Below, piece after piece: positions 39,328-53,328 of a DNA stretch of 64,000 bases. The stretch lies in contig NC_058368.1 in the NCBI RefSeq assembly GCF_018350175.1, positions 160,520,001 to 160,584,000 of the forward strand. Direction: 5' to 3'. The stretch comes from Felis catus (lineage: Eukaryota). Numbering within the stretch: the first letter of the stretch is position 1; each line of letters opens with the position of its first letter. The position numbers and the translations under genes were made by a program. The notes beneath the pieces are model-generated. The model worked only from the letters and a program-made list of their open reading frames with translations. It had not been told where the DNA came from and did no database searches.

Positions 39328-39675
39328 TTCTTGTTAAAGCTTTCGGGCTGGTGTAAAAAAATACCACAGGCTGGGCCACTTATAAACAACAGGAATTTAT
39401 TTCTCAAATTTCTGGAGGTTGGAAGTTGTCAGCCAGGGTGTCGTTGTGGTCAGATTCTGACCAAGGCCCTCCTCTGGGTTGCAGACTGACAACTTGGTGG
39501 AAAGGGCTCAGGAGTCTGTGCAGCGTCTTTTGTAAGGACACTCATCTCAATCACAAGAACTCTTTCCTCATTATCTGATTAGCTCCCAAAAGTACCATAT
39601 CCTAATACCATTAGCTTAAGTATTAGGATTTTAGCACACAAATATTGGGGGAACACAAACATTCAGACTATAGCA
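39328..39675 (-). mobile_element. MaLR solo LTR (MLT1A0-like)
   Basis: 'AATACCACAGGCTGGG...TTATAAACAACAGGAATTTATTTCTC...GGGGGAACACAAACATTCAGACTATAGCA'. Confidence 0.88.
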
Positions 39676-41946
39676 GTAACCCAACATTTGTCTTAGGAGC
39701 ACACATTTGGACTACCAAGGAAATGAGGTGCAAATAAGTAAAATCCTTGCATGAGCAGGTTTTAAGAGCCAGATCCCTCATTTGGATGTAATACAATGGA
39801 CGTTAAACTGGGAATCAGGTAGTATGGGATCCTGTCTTATCTGAAGCACTAACTTAGAAGTTAAGAACTATTTATGACCTTCGATTTCTGCATCATATGT
39901 GGGAACTGAACTAGATACTAAGTTCCTCTTAACTACCAAATCTATGTTTCTTCCTTTATTAGCGTTTTTTTGTTTGTTTTGTTTTGTTTTTAGTATATTT
40001 AATGGTTGAAAATAATTGTCAGAGTCAGAAATAAAGATGGAATGAGAAAGCCCTTTTGAGTGATACTGAATAGCTGTATTATGTGGAGGTAACTAAGAAT
40101 TAATGGAACAGCTTAAAATAGATTTGTTCAAAGTGACAGACTATCCTCTTCTCTTACCCTCCAGCCTTGTCCTGGAATTAACATCACATAATTCATCTAA
40201 GAATGTGAAGTAATGCAAAGAAAGTCTTTTCTTGATTAACATAGTTGAAAGAGGTTTCTTAAATCAAACCCTAGATAGATGAATTTTTGGAACATCATTT
40301 AGAAACAAGCCATCTTTAAAATTTTACTGTATTAAATATATAAGTCCTGTATTCCATGCCTAGATTCTGTTCAACATTAAAGAAAAAAATATTAAAGCTA
40401 TTTTTATTTGTTTAATCTTTATTCAAGTCATGTGTGGTGTATTTTTAAGGCTGCATTGTATGTGTGATGATTATTCAAAGTTAATTACTACCTAGCATCA
40501 ACAGACATAAGAAATAAAGTGCATTTGGGTCTTTTATATTTAAACATCAATTTCCAAAATTTTATAAACACATAAAATTTAGTTTAGTAAGGCTTCATAT
40601 AATATACAACTTCCAACATATAACAATCAAATGGTGCAGATGTAGAATGTGATATCACTTTCTAATTATCGTTGATGAAAAAGAACTAAAATCCAAGTAA
40701 AAATGAGCAGAGATGAAAGGGACATTCATTTTGAAGTTTTCCTCCCTCCTGATGAATCATATTGCTTAAGGCAGAATCCATTTCCAGAATACATATGTCC
40801 AAAGAGAATTCATAAACTTCAGAACCAAACAAGCCAATGAAAGAACTATTTCATTTAGGAGAAAACTATATGATTGGACTCTCACCCCTTGCCTATATTT
40901 TTTAAAGAATTGAGAAAGAAGAATTAGAGCTAAAAAAGGAGAATTGTATTTATTTGTTTTCTTAGAAAATAGGGCTATCTGAATTAGTTACGGTGGCTAC
41001 TTTAAGCTCAAATATAGGATTGATTATAGTAACACTTGTGAGATCTCAGTATTAGTTTCTAAAGCTAGAGCTAAAGAAAAATTTTGAAACATTTTCATTG
41101 ATACATTTTACATGTATCTTTAAGAATCAATGTACTTTTTTGTCTATCCATCCTCTTTGTTAAATGTGCTAAAATCTAAATATTTCAGATACTTTCAAAG
41201 TTTATATCTAATATGCTTTTTAACAGTGAAAGCAGACTTTGTATGATTTTCATTTTTTGTTGATGTTTGCTTTATATCCCTGAATGTGGTTTGTCTGGTC
41301 AGTCTACAATGTATGCTTGAAAAACAATGGACAGGTTCTGCTACGGGTTCTGCTGTCATTGAGCAGAATGTACTATAAATTTCAAATTAGCTGAGTTGGT
41401 TGAAAGTTCATGGCTTCTAAATCCTTGCTGCTTTCTCTTTTCTTATGTTGATTACTGAAGGAGAGGTGAGATATCTCTAAGAATATTTGTAGTTTTTTTT
41501 TCTTTTAGTTTAAAAATATTTGTTTTGTGTAATTTAAAGTGCTGTTAGTAGGTGATACATATTTAGGATTATGTTTTCTTGATGAACTGACTACTTTAAA
41601 TTTATTTGATGTTTCCCTGTACTCTTGGCAATGTTTCTTATTTGGCAATATATTTTTTTCTGGTATAATAGTCACGCCAGCTTTCTTTGATTAATGTTGC
41701 ATGGTATATTTTCCCCCAATTTCTTATATGTAACATACCTATATAATTATATTTAAAAGCTTCTCATTTAGAGATGTCTTATACACATGACATACTTTTT
41801 TTTTTTTTTAGAATTTGACCATCTACTCTTTAAATTGGAGTATTTGGATAATTTGTATTTAATGAATTATTGAAGTGATGTGATTTAAATACTCTTATCT
41901 TATTAGATAGGTTCTCCATGTCCCATATAGTCTTTTTCCTTCTTTC

Positions 41947-41949
<3 letters not shown>

Positions 41950-41980
<31 letters not shown>
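41950..41980. repeat. (TA)n microsatellite
   Basis: Read directly from the sequence. Confidence 0.95.
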
Positions 41981-41983
<3 letters not shown>

Positions 41984-42020
41984 CCTTCATTTGGATTAAG
42001 TATTTTTTTATTTCATTTTT

Positions 42021-42165
42021 AAAAATATAATTTATTGTCAAATTGGCTAACATACAGTGTGTACAATGTGCTCTTGGTTTTGGGTGTAGATTCCCGTGGT
42101 TCATCACTTACATACAACACCCAGTGTTCGTCCCAACAAGTGCTCTCCTCAATGTCCATCACTCA
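42021..42165 (-). mobile_element. Extremely 5'-truncated young carnivore L1 (3' UTR only) with 14-bp TSD
   Basis: Reverse complement matches the L1 3' UTR at about 2217-2363 of this window; TTTATTTCATTTTT at 42007-42020 and 42166-42179. Confidence 0.92.
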
Positions 42166-42477
42166 TTTATTTCATTTTTTAATATTGGTCAATTAACTTA
42201 ATTTCCCTTTATTTATTATAAGTCTAGATTTTGTAAACTATATCTTTAAGTTCTCATAGTCTCCTTTCAAGTTATACTACTCATATAAAGTATATGAAAC
42301 TTAAAACAGTGTGCTCCCAAATCTTCCTTTCCATCATTTGTGCTATTTAAAAAATACATTTATTTTAATACATCTCATAAATCTCAACATTTGTTGTTAG
42401 TATATTTTCCTTAGATAATAAGTTATCTTATAAAATGATGTGAAATAAGACAAAAATGATGTGTATATATGTATATG

Positions 42478-42483
<6 letters not shown>

Positions 42484-42514
<31 letters not shown>
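42484..42514. repeat. (TA)n microsatellite
   Basis: Read directly from the sequence. Confidence 0.95.
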
Positions 42515-42517
<3 letters not shown>

Positions 42518-44172
42518 ATTTCTGTGTTCTCTGTGTCCTTTCTCTACTACAATTTCCATTTAATGACAAATATCTATCACAGTACTTCCTACAGTCTTTC
42601 TTATAGAGCAAGTCTCCTAGCAATAAATTCTCAGCTTTTGTTTTTTTCTGAAGTGGTGGTGATTTTGCTTTGTTTTTGAAATATATTTCATTGGGCATAG
42701 AATTCTGGGTTTATTTTTTCCGCCTAGAATTATGAATTATTTCTCTGAAGATGTGTACTGTAATTACATTTGTTCTTATTTATTTTTATTTTTTTTCTGG
42801 ATGCCTACAAGTTTTTCTCTTTACTTTTTTAGTTTAAAATTTTTGTTGATCATGATGTGTGCTTTTGTTACTATTGTTACTGATACTGCTAGGTTTTCTG
42901 TGTGCTATTGGTATCCATATTTTATTGTCTGTCTTTATTTTTGGAAAAATTTTAGCTATTACTTCTTCAAATATTTGTTCCACTTCCCCCCCCCTTTCTC
43001 CCTGTTGTCATTCTAGAACTTTAATTATATATAATTTAGGCAATTTCATTAATTCCACAGCTCCTGTATGCTTTTCTTCTATTTTTCTTTTTAATCATTT
43101 TCCTCTTTATGCTTGAGTTTGGATTTCTACTGACTATTGAGTCCATCGAACTAATAATTTATCAATGATATTTTATTTTTTATTTCTAACATTCCCATTT
43201 GATTCTTTCTTATAGATTATATCTTTCTACTAAAATTCACTGTTAACATATGTTAAATTTTGCCACTCAAATCTTTCAGATACTATAGTTCATTTTCATT
43301 TCCTATTTAATAGCTAAAAATATCTGGGACTTTTCTGAGTCTGGTTCCATTTATTGCTTTATTCTTAAAAATGGGTTGTTTCCCCTTGTATTTTTTTTTA
43401 ATATATCTTGTAAGTTTTGATTGAATTACAGCTATCATGTGTAGGATAATGATGAGAATAGAATAAATGCTACTTTCCTCAAGGAATTGTTTTATTTCTT
43501 TCTCTCTCAGGCCTGAGTGTAGGTGACTGATTCAATCTATTTAGGAGTTGAACTGAATTTAGATTTTGTTATTGCTGGTATTGCCTGCTTGATACCATAT
43601 TCTTTATATTCCTCTATGAGAGGGCTCTGGATACTTTTGGTTTAATATATAGGACTGGAACAGCTAGAAGATTTTCTCCAGTGTTCTTCCTCTTCCCTAA
43701 GCTTTCTGTTATTCTGCCTTATGTGTTCTACAGAGAGTCTTTTTTCTCTGCTCTTTTTGCTCCCTCAATGGTAGATTACTTCTGCTAGTTTCTTTCTCCT
43801 AGGCTTATAACAAAGTCAGGGGCAGATTTCTGTTGTCTTTGTCCACCTAAATTTGACAAACCTTGTGCTTTTAGACATCTAGAAGAGATTTTCTCAGAAA
43901 TCTGCCTTGCTTTTTTATGTCTTGCATGGGAAAGAGTTTACTAACTCTTGTCCTGGGGTAGCAATGGCAAACTTCTACTTACAATCAGTGCAGAAGCTTT
44001 TCTGACCCTCCACCAGGGCAGAGAGTTTTTGCATTTACCCCATGGATAGCATTGTTGCCTGTGTCTAGGACACAAGTAGTTTCCCTATACCTTCCTCAGA
44101 GGCATCAATTGTCTTCTACTTCTCCAAAAGAAGTCATCCTTACCTGAGTCCTTGTAGCAAGAGTATTTGTTG

Positions 44173-44178
<6 letters not shown>

Positions 44179-44225
<47 letters not shown>
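44179..44225. repeat. (AC)n microsatellite
   Basis: About 23 perfect units, read directly. Confidence 0.97.
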
Positions 44226-44226
<1 letters not shown>

Positions 44227-44229
44227 CAA

Positions 44230-46910
44230 TTTAACAAGGAATTCTATTGATCATTTAGCAAAGAAATAAAAACCAATCTTGTACAGAGTACTTTGAAAAT
44301 ATAGAAAAACAACTCTCTTAAACATGAACATCAAAATACTTATCAAAAACATTTATGTATTAAATTCTAAAAGGAATATGAAAAAAATAATATATCCTAC
44401 AAAGTAAGGAATGCTTTTTATGCTAGGAATACATGGTTGTTTTAACACTTTAAAAAGCAATCAGTATAGTGTGTCAACAAAATAAAACCTACAAATCTTG
44501 TAATTATCTCAATAGATGTAGAAAACTCATTTGTCAAAATTCAACACCCATTAGTTACAAAAGCTCTCAGCAAACAGAATAGTTTTCTCAATCTGATAAA
44601 GGATACCTACCAAAAATCTACAAATAGCATCTTACTTTACATTAAAAGATTGAACTATTTCCCCTAAAGATTAATGAAAAGATAATATCCGATTTCATCA
44701 CTTCTTTTCAGCATCTACTACTGGAAGAGATATTAACTGCAGACAGACAAGAATAAAATACAAATGATTGTGAAGGAAGAAGTAAAACTGCTTATCTGTA
44801 AATGGAATTGCTGTATCTAGAAACTGCTGCTAGAATTAGTAAGTGACTTGAGCAAGGTTGTAGAATAGGATGTCATTATGCAGAAATAAATTATATTTTT
44901 CTGTACTAGCAATGGGGTATTGGTCATTGAACTAGAAAAATACCTTTATGATAGCGTCAGAATATCAATATATCAAATAGTAATATATGTAATGAAAATT
45001 GTGCAAGAAATCTATATTGAAAATGACAAAACAATGCAGAAAGAAATTAAAGATCTAAATAAGTACAAAAATAAACAATTTTAATTGATTGAAAGACTCA
45101 GTATTTTCTTGAGGTCACTTCTTACTAAATTAACCTATATAGATTTGTCAAAACTATGAATTAATCAGTCTAAGAAAATAATTAATAATAAAGTTTTAGG
45201 AGAAATTGATAAGCCCATTCTGAAATTTGCATGCAAATTCAAAAGATTGGAGCCAAAACAAATTTGAATACTAAGTAGAGTATTTGTGTCTCCCCTCACC
45301 CCCAATTCTTATGGCGAAACTGAACTCCCTAGTGTGATGGTACTTGGAGGTGGGACCCTTGGGAGGTTATTAAGCCAAGTCCTAATGATGATATAAATGT
45401 CTTTATAAAAAGAGGAAAAGGTGTGAGATCTCTCTGCCATGTGGGGACATAATGCAAAGGCTGCTCTCTGTAAACCAGGAAGAGACACTTTACCAAGAAC
45501 TTGGCTGTCCTGGCACCTTGATCTCATCAATCCTTGAGCCTCTAAAACTGGGAGTAATAAATGAGGTTGTTTTAGCCACCCAGTCAATGGAATTCTATAA
45601 TAGCAACCCCAAATCTAACTTTGGGATCTACATCTAGGATAATCAGAACAATGTGGAATTGATATTAAAATCGATAAATACATCAATAAAATATAATAAA
45701 GAATCTTGACAGATATAATATTATAAAATGATATTTTACAAAGATGCCAGTAAATTCAGTGGGAAAATTTTTTAACAAATCATGTCACAACAACTACATA
45801 TTCATAAAAATAAAAACAACAACAACAACAAAATAAGTACAAAGTGTCAACAAAAATTAAAGATAATTTTAGACCTCAACATAAAAGCTAGAACAATAAC
45901 ACTTCTAGAAGATAGCATGGAAGGGTCTTCTTGCAACTTGTAGTACAGATCTTATAGAGAGGACAAACATGCACTAACCGTAAAGAATAGATAAATTGGA
46001 TTTCATCTAAACTTAAAATTCTTCCCATTAAAGAAAACATTAAAAAAAATAAATAGGCAAGTGCCAGGCTAGGGAATGTTTTTGCAATACATATATTTCA
46101 CAAGGGAAATATATGTTCAAGTCAAAATAAAAAGTGGTGTTCAAGTTAAAAAGACAACTGGATCATTACAAAGTGGATGAAGAAAAATTGGATACCTCAC
46201 AGAAGAAAATATAAAAATAGTCAATAAATGGGTTATATGTGTTGAACATTCTTAGTCATGAGGATAATACAAATTAGAACTATAATGATATACAGTTTTA
46301 TATCCAGGAGAGTGAATAAGTAAAAAATAATGAAAATATCACAGATTCCATTCCTTGGCCATACCAATTCGCAATATTTTGGAGCAAGTGAACATTTTCA
46401 TACATGGCTAATGAGAATATAAAATGGCACTAGCAATTTGAAAAACTGTTTGTTTTGTAGAAAGTTAATTGTTCATCTGTCCTATGCCCCAGAATTCCAC
46501 TCCTAGATAACGGCAAAATGTTATAAAAATCTAAGTCCACAAAATGACTTGTATAGGAATATTTGTACAAGCAATTCATGAAATTTCAAAATTAAAGAGG
46601 AATGAACTAAAACACTCTAGAAACATGTATGAATCTTAAAAAGTACTATGTTGGGCAAAAGAATAAACATTGTATAATCTAACTTATTTGAAGTCCAACT
46701 ATGAGCAAAATTAACCTAGTAGTAGAAATCAGGAAGTGTTACCTGTGATAAGTTGGGATTGAATGGAGAAAGTCATGAAGTAAATTTCTGGAGTGATGCA
46801 AATATTATTTTTCTTACTTTCACATGACATGGGTAATTGTCAAAATTCATCAAACACTTAAGCTTTGTGTTCTATAACGTTTGGAAATATCTCATTGTTA
46901 AAAAGATTAA
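44230..46910 (+). mobile_element. Ancient LINE-1 3' half (ORF2 RT region to 3' end), decayed and interrupted by an LTR
   Basis: A-rich sense L1 text: 'ATCTCAATAGATGTAGAAAACTCATTTGTCAAAATTCAACACCCA', 'TTCTCAATCTGATAAAGG', 'CCCAGAATTCCACTCCTAG'. Confidence 0.85.
45268..45620 (+). mobile_element. MaLR solo LTR (MLT1A-like) nested in the L1
   Basis: 'GTGTGATGGTACTTGGAGGTGGGACCCTTGGGAGGTTATTAAG', 'CTGGCACCTTGATCTC', 'AATAAATGAGGTTGTTTAGCCACCCAGTC'. Confidence 0.88.
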
Positions 46911-48393
46911 GCTTAAAATAATTTTGTAGAAAATATATCTTAATGACTTATTACATAAAAAGGGGATTAAAGCTTAGTAAGCATATTAGGTTTCCACATT
47001 TGGAAGTAAAAAACATACATGTAAATAATCATAGAAAAATAAATAGTAAAGGAAGTAACTCCCAATGGAGGTACGGATTATTTCTGAATAGTGGGCTTAA
47101 CAGTTAAATTTCATGTATCTTTTGCTTATCTATATTTTTAATCTTTTCTGTAACACAAGAATATTGATTTTGTTTTTGATTTACTTTGCTTTTTCTTCTT
47201 AATTTGTGAGAATTCTGGGTACATAAACTGAGGATGCTTTTCTTCAGAAGGCGTTTATATCTGCTGCTACCTACTTGAAGTTGGATCTACTAAACTAGTA
47301 GCATTTTGCGCCTCTTTCTATAATCTGGCTTTGTAAAGAAGTCTTTAATTGGGTATCCTTATCTACTGCTAGCCCCGATTTTTGTTTCTTGGACTGACTT
47401 GCTTGGTAATGGAGTAGAAACAGTGGGTTCATTCCCATGGACCATGTACCTATGAGAACAGTCTGACTTAGCAAATGATGGAATTGCCCTAACCCTGTAT
47501 CATAAACTTTCTGCAGAGCACGGATAGTGGCCAAAAATAATATCTACTCACAACTACCCCATGATCTAAATCTGCTGCTAAATCTTCAGAGTGGCAGGGT
47601 CTCATTAGACATGAAACAAACTAGAAGTACCTTGTAAATGGATTAGAGAGGTTGACTTATTGAAAGAGTTTCAGAATGGTTTCTGAAGAGTTGTTTGTTT
47701 GTTTTTTCAGTTTCTCCAGTAATGTGTGGCCAGTCTTAATATGGTGCATTGACTTTGGCTTTTTTTTTTATTTAAAGCAGGGGTCATAATCTCAACTGTA
47801 CTGACAAAAAGAAAAAATAGTTACTGCATCATCAGTTCCTGTTGACCAATTTTACAAACATTCCCTTCCCAGATCTGTAGGCCTCGGTGCACATATCCCT
47901 CTTAATATTTTATTTTTAAAATTTCACAAGTAGTATGAATACATTTTTTATGTGGAACAGTAAAATGCTCCAAATCCTATTTCTTGACCATTGTTCAACC
48001 TTACTTCTTTTACCAGAAGGAGCCACTCTTGGAAATTTAAAAGGTGAACCTCAGACATTTTGTTTCCCTCAGCTTCTTTTATATTTACTATAATTTTCTA
48101 GAATTATGCTTACCTTAGCATTTACTATAATTTACTTGTAAGTTTTTAAAATAGAAACCATATTATACTGTAAACATTTATTTCTCCAAATTGCATCTTT
48201 ACTGATTTTTTTCCTTGGCTCTGTCTTCCATGTTGCGAAGTTACTTTTCAGTGGTAACCATTCCACTGCATATTTAAACCCTTTTTTAGAGTTGTTCATT
48301 TCAATAATATTCCTAAATATAGAGAATATTTCTAAATTCTTTTTCATAGGCCAATATCCTTTAGCTTAATATTTGTGTAAAAACTTTTATATT

Positions 48394-48595
48394 AAAAAGA
48401 TTTTTTAAGTATATTTATTTGAGAGAGACAGAGACAGGGTGAATCGGGGAAGGGTAAAGAGAGAGAGAATTCCAAGTAGGCTTTGCACCCTGAACACAGA
48501 GCCTGATGCAGGGCTCGAACTCATGAAACTGTGAGATCATAACCTGAGCTGAAACTGAGGTGGATGCTTGACGAACTGAACTACCCTGGCACCCC
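48394..48595 (-). mobile_element. CanSINE with 14-bp TSD
   Basis: AAAACTTTTATATT at 48380-48393 and 48596-48609. Confidence 0.95.
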
Positions 48596-48799
48596 AAAAC
48601 TTTTATATTTTTACAGGCCTGCCTTTACTAGTGACATATTCTTGATCAGCATAAATTCTCAGCAAGGCATCTCCTCTTGACATTTATTTCCACCTCATAT
48701 ATGGGCATTCAAAAGAGACATATTTAATTGTCTGCTATAGGTGAAAGGGAAATAGATGTACAATAATCCTTGTAGTAAACTAAATAGACTGAAGCAGAT

Positions 48800-49780
48800 A
48801 TTTTCATTCACAGTGTATTTGTTGAGTACCTATTATGGTTAGTTATTTTGTATATATGTATATTATATATAGTTGTGTGTATATATGTATGCTATTATAA
48901 TAAATGCCACTTGTTCATCAAAGCATCTCTTCATTCATTCAACAAGTACTTACAGAAAGCTCTTATGGGTCAAAACTACTCCATGTGCTAAGAGTAGACC
49001 TGAAGGTTGTTCACACTGTCAGCAGCATCACTATGGATAATTATTTAATAAATAATATTTTATAGTATCAGCCATTATAAAATAGTGTAAATAGTGTATG
49101 TCAGGTGACTGAGCAATACTGAGTGGCTGAATTTGAGGGTGAAATCCTATACCTTTCTAGAGAGGTAACATTCAAACTAAGACCTGAATAACATAAGGAA
49201 AACAACCAAAGATTTGTGGAAATAACATTTCAGTTGGAGGAATATTTAGACAAAGTAATCACTGGAAAAACAACTTTAGGATGCTTAGAAAATAGTGATA
49301 TGGTGATTAAAATAGAAACATATGATTAAAATAAAGTAAATGTGAGACATTTGAAATTATAAGGTAGGGAAGAGATCATTCATGTACAGTATGGTAGATT
49401 ACAGCAGGGGACTTGTTTTTGTTTTTGTTTTTGTTTTTCCTAAGTTCAGGAGGGAGCCATTGTGGGGTGATACTTAGCAAAATATTCTAATATTATCCAT
49501 ATATATTTAAAACTCATTGTTTGCTATGTGGAGAGTGGACTGTAGAACCACAAAAAAGAGAAAATGGAGAATATTGGACATAGTCCTGGTGAGAAATGAT
49601 GGTAGCTTGGGGGATGGAGATAGAAGAATGGATGAGTATGTTTTAGATATATTTTAAATTTAGAGTCAGAAGGACAATGGGTATGGATATTAAGGCAGGG
49701 AAGGAATAGAGGACCCTAAGTTGAGATCAGCATTGCACCTTGGTGCAATTGGATTAAATATCTAATCATTTAAGACACTT
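48800..49780 (-). mobile_element. L2 LINE relics
   Basis: 'TTCATTCATTCAACAAGTACTTA' L2 tail, then 'AGTCCTGGTGAGAAATGATGGTAGCTTGG' and similar antisense L2 text. Confidence 0.75.
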
Positions 49781-51779
49781 GTAGGAAGAATTACTTATGC
49801 TGAACACTAGAGGATGAGGAAGAGTTGGTACCATGATGACAGAGGGAAGAAGCACAGCAAGAGCCATGTCAGAAAGTTTTAACATTATCTGGGGAAGATG
49901 ATGAACAAATGCAATTGTATCTGGGAGATGAGATAATCATATATGCCAGATCAGAATGATAGATCAGCAGAGTTACCTGGCTTCCATCGTTGTAAATTTA
50001 GACCTATTCTGGGACTGACGCAATTTAGCTTATTCCAGACTTGAATGAAGTAAGACAGGTTTTTCAATTTCTTGAACTTCTGGCAGTGTGCAAGATACTG
50101 AGGAAGGATTTTACACAGGGAGGGGAGGATCACTGAAATCTCAGAAATCTGGTATGAGGGAAAATTGGAAGTCTGCATGCTGTAACCTTAACCACCGTAA
50201 TGATTTTGCAAGACAGCTTGTGGAAATGGGTAGGGAAGCTATAACAAGCACAAGTACCTGTGAGAATGCACAGTGTCGGGTGACTCTTCCAATCAGCTGC
50301 ACACAGATGATTTACATACCCTGTGAACCACTGTTACTCATTTTATGAAATGACACAATCCTCAACTGTGTAATTGGATGTTGGATATGTGAGGAAATGT
50401 GAAATAAGTATTGCATTCCACTATTCCCTATAATTCTTAACTTTCAGTATTTTTATTGATAGGGTTTTTAAGAATTTCCAATGGGAGGAACTGAAAAGCA
50501 AGAATATCCCTTAATAAGCAGCTTTTCCTGAAATGAAGCAACTTTCTCTGTCATGAACAGATCTGAATTTTTACATTATTTGGCAGCACAGATGGTTCAA
50601 CAATTAATGAAACCACTGATAGTCTTTTCAGTATTTTCTTCCTGGGCATGTTATGGCAGGTATGGTATTAGCAGGTACCTTGCAACTTAATTAAAGTGAT
50701 GAGGGTGTGTTCAGTGTATTATATCAGGAAAGTAGAATTTTGCAACATTGGATATTGATTTGGGGAATTATGAAATATGTTTCACTTAGGTTTTAAACAA
50801 ATATGTTAAAAACAAATATGTTTTTAAAATGTTTCAGATTTTGCATTTCATGATTACATTTCCTATTCCTTCTCTGACAACCAGTTTTCTAGAAATGCAA
50901 ATACATACATACAAACATACATATATACACACATCCATATGTACATATGTCAGTGTAGTTGGCAACGCAGGTCACGAGAACAAGTTTTTACAACTCTGTT
51001 GTCTCACGTCATGTGAAATAATTTTCCTAGCCTCTTCAAAAATATAAACTATCCCTTTAGAAGGTGGTCTCATTTCTGTATCCTTTAATTGCTAACCTAT
51101 ACTCAAAATTTAAACCTTAGCAAAATCTTTCTAATGTAAAGCTCTAAAGTTACATAGTGTAATTACAGAACTGAATCCTGAAGGCCAAACAAACTTTTAT
51201 CACGTGGACTCAAAATGTAAAGACATTTGTGCTGATGACGCTCAGGTTGCCTTTTTTCTTTTCACCTACCATTTCTGTTGTATTTGAACTAATACTCCTT
51301 ATAATGAACTTCTATTCTCTCACATAGGTGAAGGTTGCTTACAGACTCTTTCTGTAATACCTACCTCACATCTTCACTGTTAGTGATCTTATATTTTCAG
51401 TTATCATTGGACTTTTCCTATCTTTTCAGACTCATTCCTGACATTTCTTTTCTGTACTTATATGTCAGGCTTCATAGGTGTAATTGGAGAAACAACTAGA
51501 ACAAAAAGGAAAACAACAAAACAAGATTTAGGCCTCACAACAGGAGGTGATGGACTGTTTGTTGTCCTTGGACACAATGTTTTGCTTTAAGGTAAATCTT
51601 GTCCTCAGTTAGCCAAACCCAATGAAGACAACAGAGTGTATCTTAGGTAAGTTTTTGTCTGAGCAATTAAGATTTAAAAAAGAAAAAATTCCTACAGATT
51701 TCTTAATGTTAGTAATACTGTTCCAGAATATTAACTTGGAAATACCATGAGATTATGGTCTATATTTAACAATCCTGGT

Positions 51780-52185
51780 GGTATATTGGTTTGGTTTCCT
51801 CCAAAGTCAGACCCCAGTGAAACAGTCTGGTTGTGAGTCACTTACTGGAAAGAGCTCTCAGAAAGCACTGTTACAGTGTCAGGAAAGCTACTGGAAAGTG
51901 TGTTATTGAGTGGGCAGCTCATCGTCAATCTTCTCTGAAGCCTCTGACAGATGTGTGGAAGACATCTCAAAATTATCTCAATTAGGGCTGATTAATTTAT
52001 ATTCAAGATTACCTCCCTCACTCTGTGAGGGTTGTTTGAGCGCATAACTTTTTGGCATGTGTGGCCGATTTTGTGAGAAATAATGCTATCGAATCCAGAT
52101 AACAAGATAGTGGCTCTGTGTGACATTTGGAGGCGGCTGAAGACATGAGCAGGGAACCAATAGCATTTGCTTCATAAGATTTACG
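51780..52185 (-). mobile_element. Ancient ERVL LTR (LTR33/LTR16-like)
   Basis: 'TTGGTTTCCTCCAAAGTCAGACCCCAGTGAAACAGTCTGGTTGTGAGTCACTTACTGGAAAGAGCTCTCAGAAAGCAC' resembles the antisense end of that group; very diverged. Confidence 0.5.
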
Positions 52186-53327
52186 CAATAAAATTTTGAT
52201 TATGCATCTAAGTCCTCCCTTGTTTCCTATGGAAAACAAAAACTTGGAATCTTTTAAAATCAGACCAAATTAAACCTTTTTTCCCCCAGTAAATGCCCAT
52301 CCTAAAATCAATTTAGCTGGCTTATCAGAGTACTTTCCATCTATTGGAATGTTGCATTGCAAAACCATGTTTCAGCCTCCTTTTCCAGGGAAAAAGTACT
52401 TAGTATGTAGAAAGGTTGCTCTTTTAGTGTGATTCCCATTATGGAAAGTGTTTTGAGACATCCCTTTTGCAATATTAAAGCAATGATCAGCACTAACTGA
52501 TGAGATATAGAAGACTGCATTGAAATAATGCCAACAGAAAGGGTCTGTACAGTCCACTGTTACTATTTCTAACCTTAGTGTCAATGTTTATGAACTATTT
52601 GGGAGTACTTGTAAACAAATAGATGTTCTATTTTTTTTTCAAATCTGTTTAGTGCTATTGCTACAGCCAAAAGATGGGAAGACTTGGACCTAACAAGGGG
52701 AAAATCATCTTTGTAGATGCAGTACACCTGCTAGGTTGCTTGATTCTTAACACATCAAAACATTTCTGAAGCTCTCCTCACCTTTTTGACTTTGGTGCTA
52801 GGCACAGAAAGGAATCACAGCCTCTCAACATTTTCCTGTGGGTTCTGGACAGTGGCCAGGTTTGGTAAGAAAAAGCCCTCATCAGGCATTTGTGAATCAT
52901 TGGCCAAACTTTAAATAGCACAGAATTTTCTGATTTGGCTCATCCTTTCAGTATTTACAAAAGCTGAGATGGGGTCAAGCTTAAGCAGAACAAAACCATG
53001 GTTGCTTCTTCTGCTTTTGCTCTCAAAGTCATTTCTGGGAAAAAATCCAAACTTCTATCATCTGTAGTTCAGTAGAAATATGTAAAAGAAAAGGTCTGAT
53101 TATTATTGAACTAAAGTGAGCTATCCACCAGAAACCAGTATTCTGATAAACTCCCACCTGACCACTTGGCTTACGTGTTTTCTCTCTGATGAAGAAAGAG
53201 ACTGAATTGTTCAAACATTTCAGACTATCCAATTACTCCCCCTTCAGAAATCACAGTGGCATAGAATAATCTCACATTGTGGTGTAGAATCTTACTACAA
53301 TGCAATTTGACATGATTAAGAGGGTAA

Positions 53328-53328
53328 T

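Larger units (their letters stand above)
41260..44175 (-). mobile_element. Ancient LINE-1 5' half (endonuclease region through ORF1 and probable 5' UTR), highly decayed
   Basis: Antisense ORF2-start text ('ATAATAGTCACGCCAGCTTTCTTTGATTAATGTTGCATGGTATATTTTCC') and ORF1-like text ('TAAATTCTCAGCTTTTG', 'GGCATAGAATTCTGGGTT'). The right part is least certain. Confidence 0.7.
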
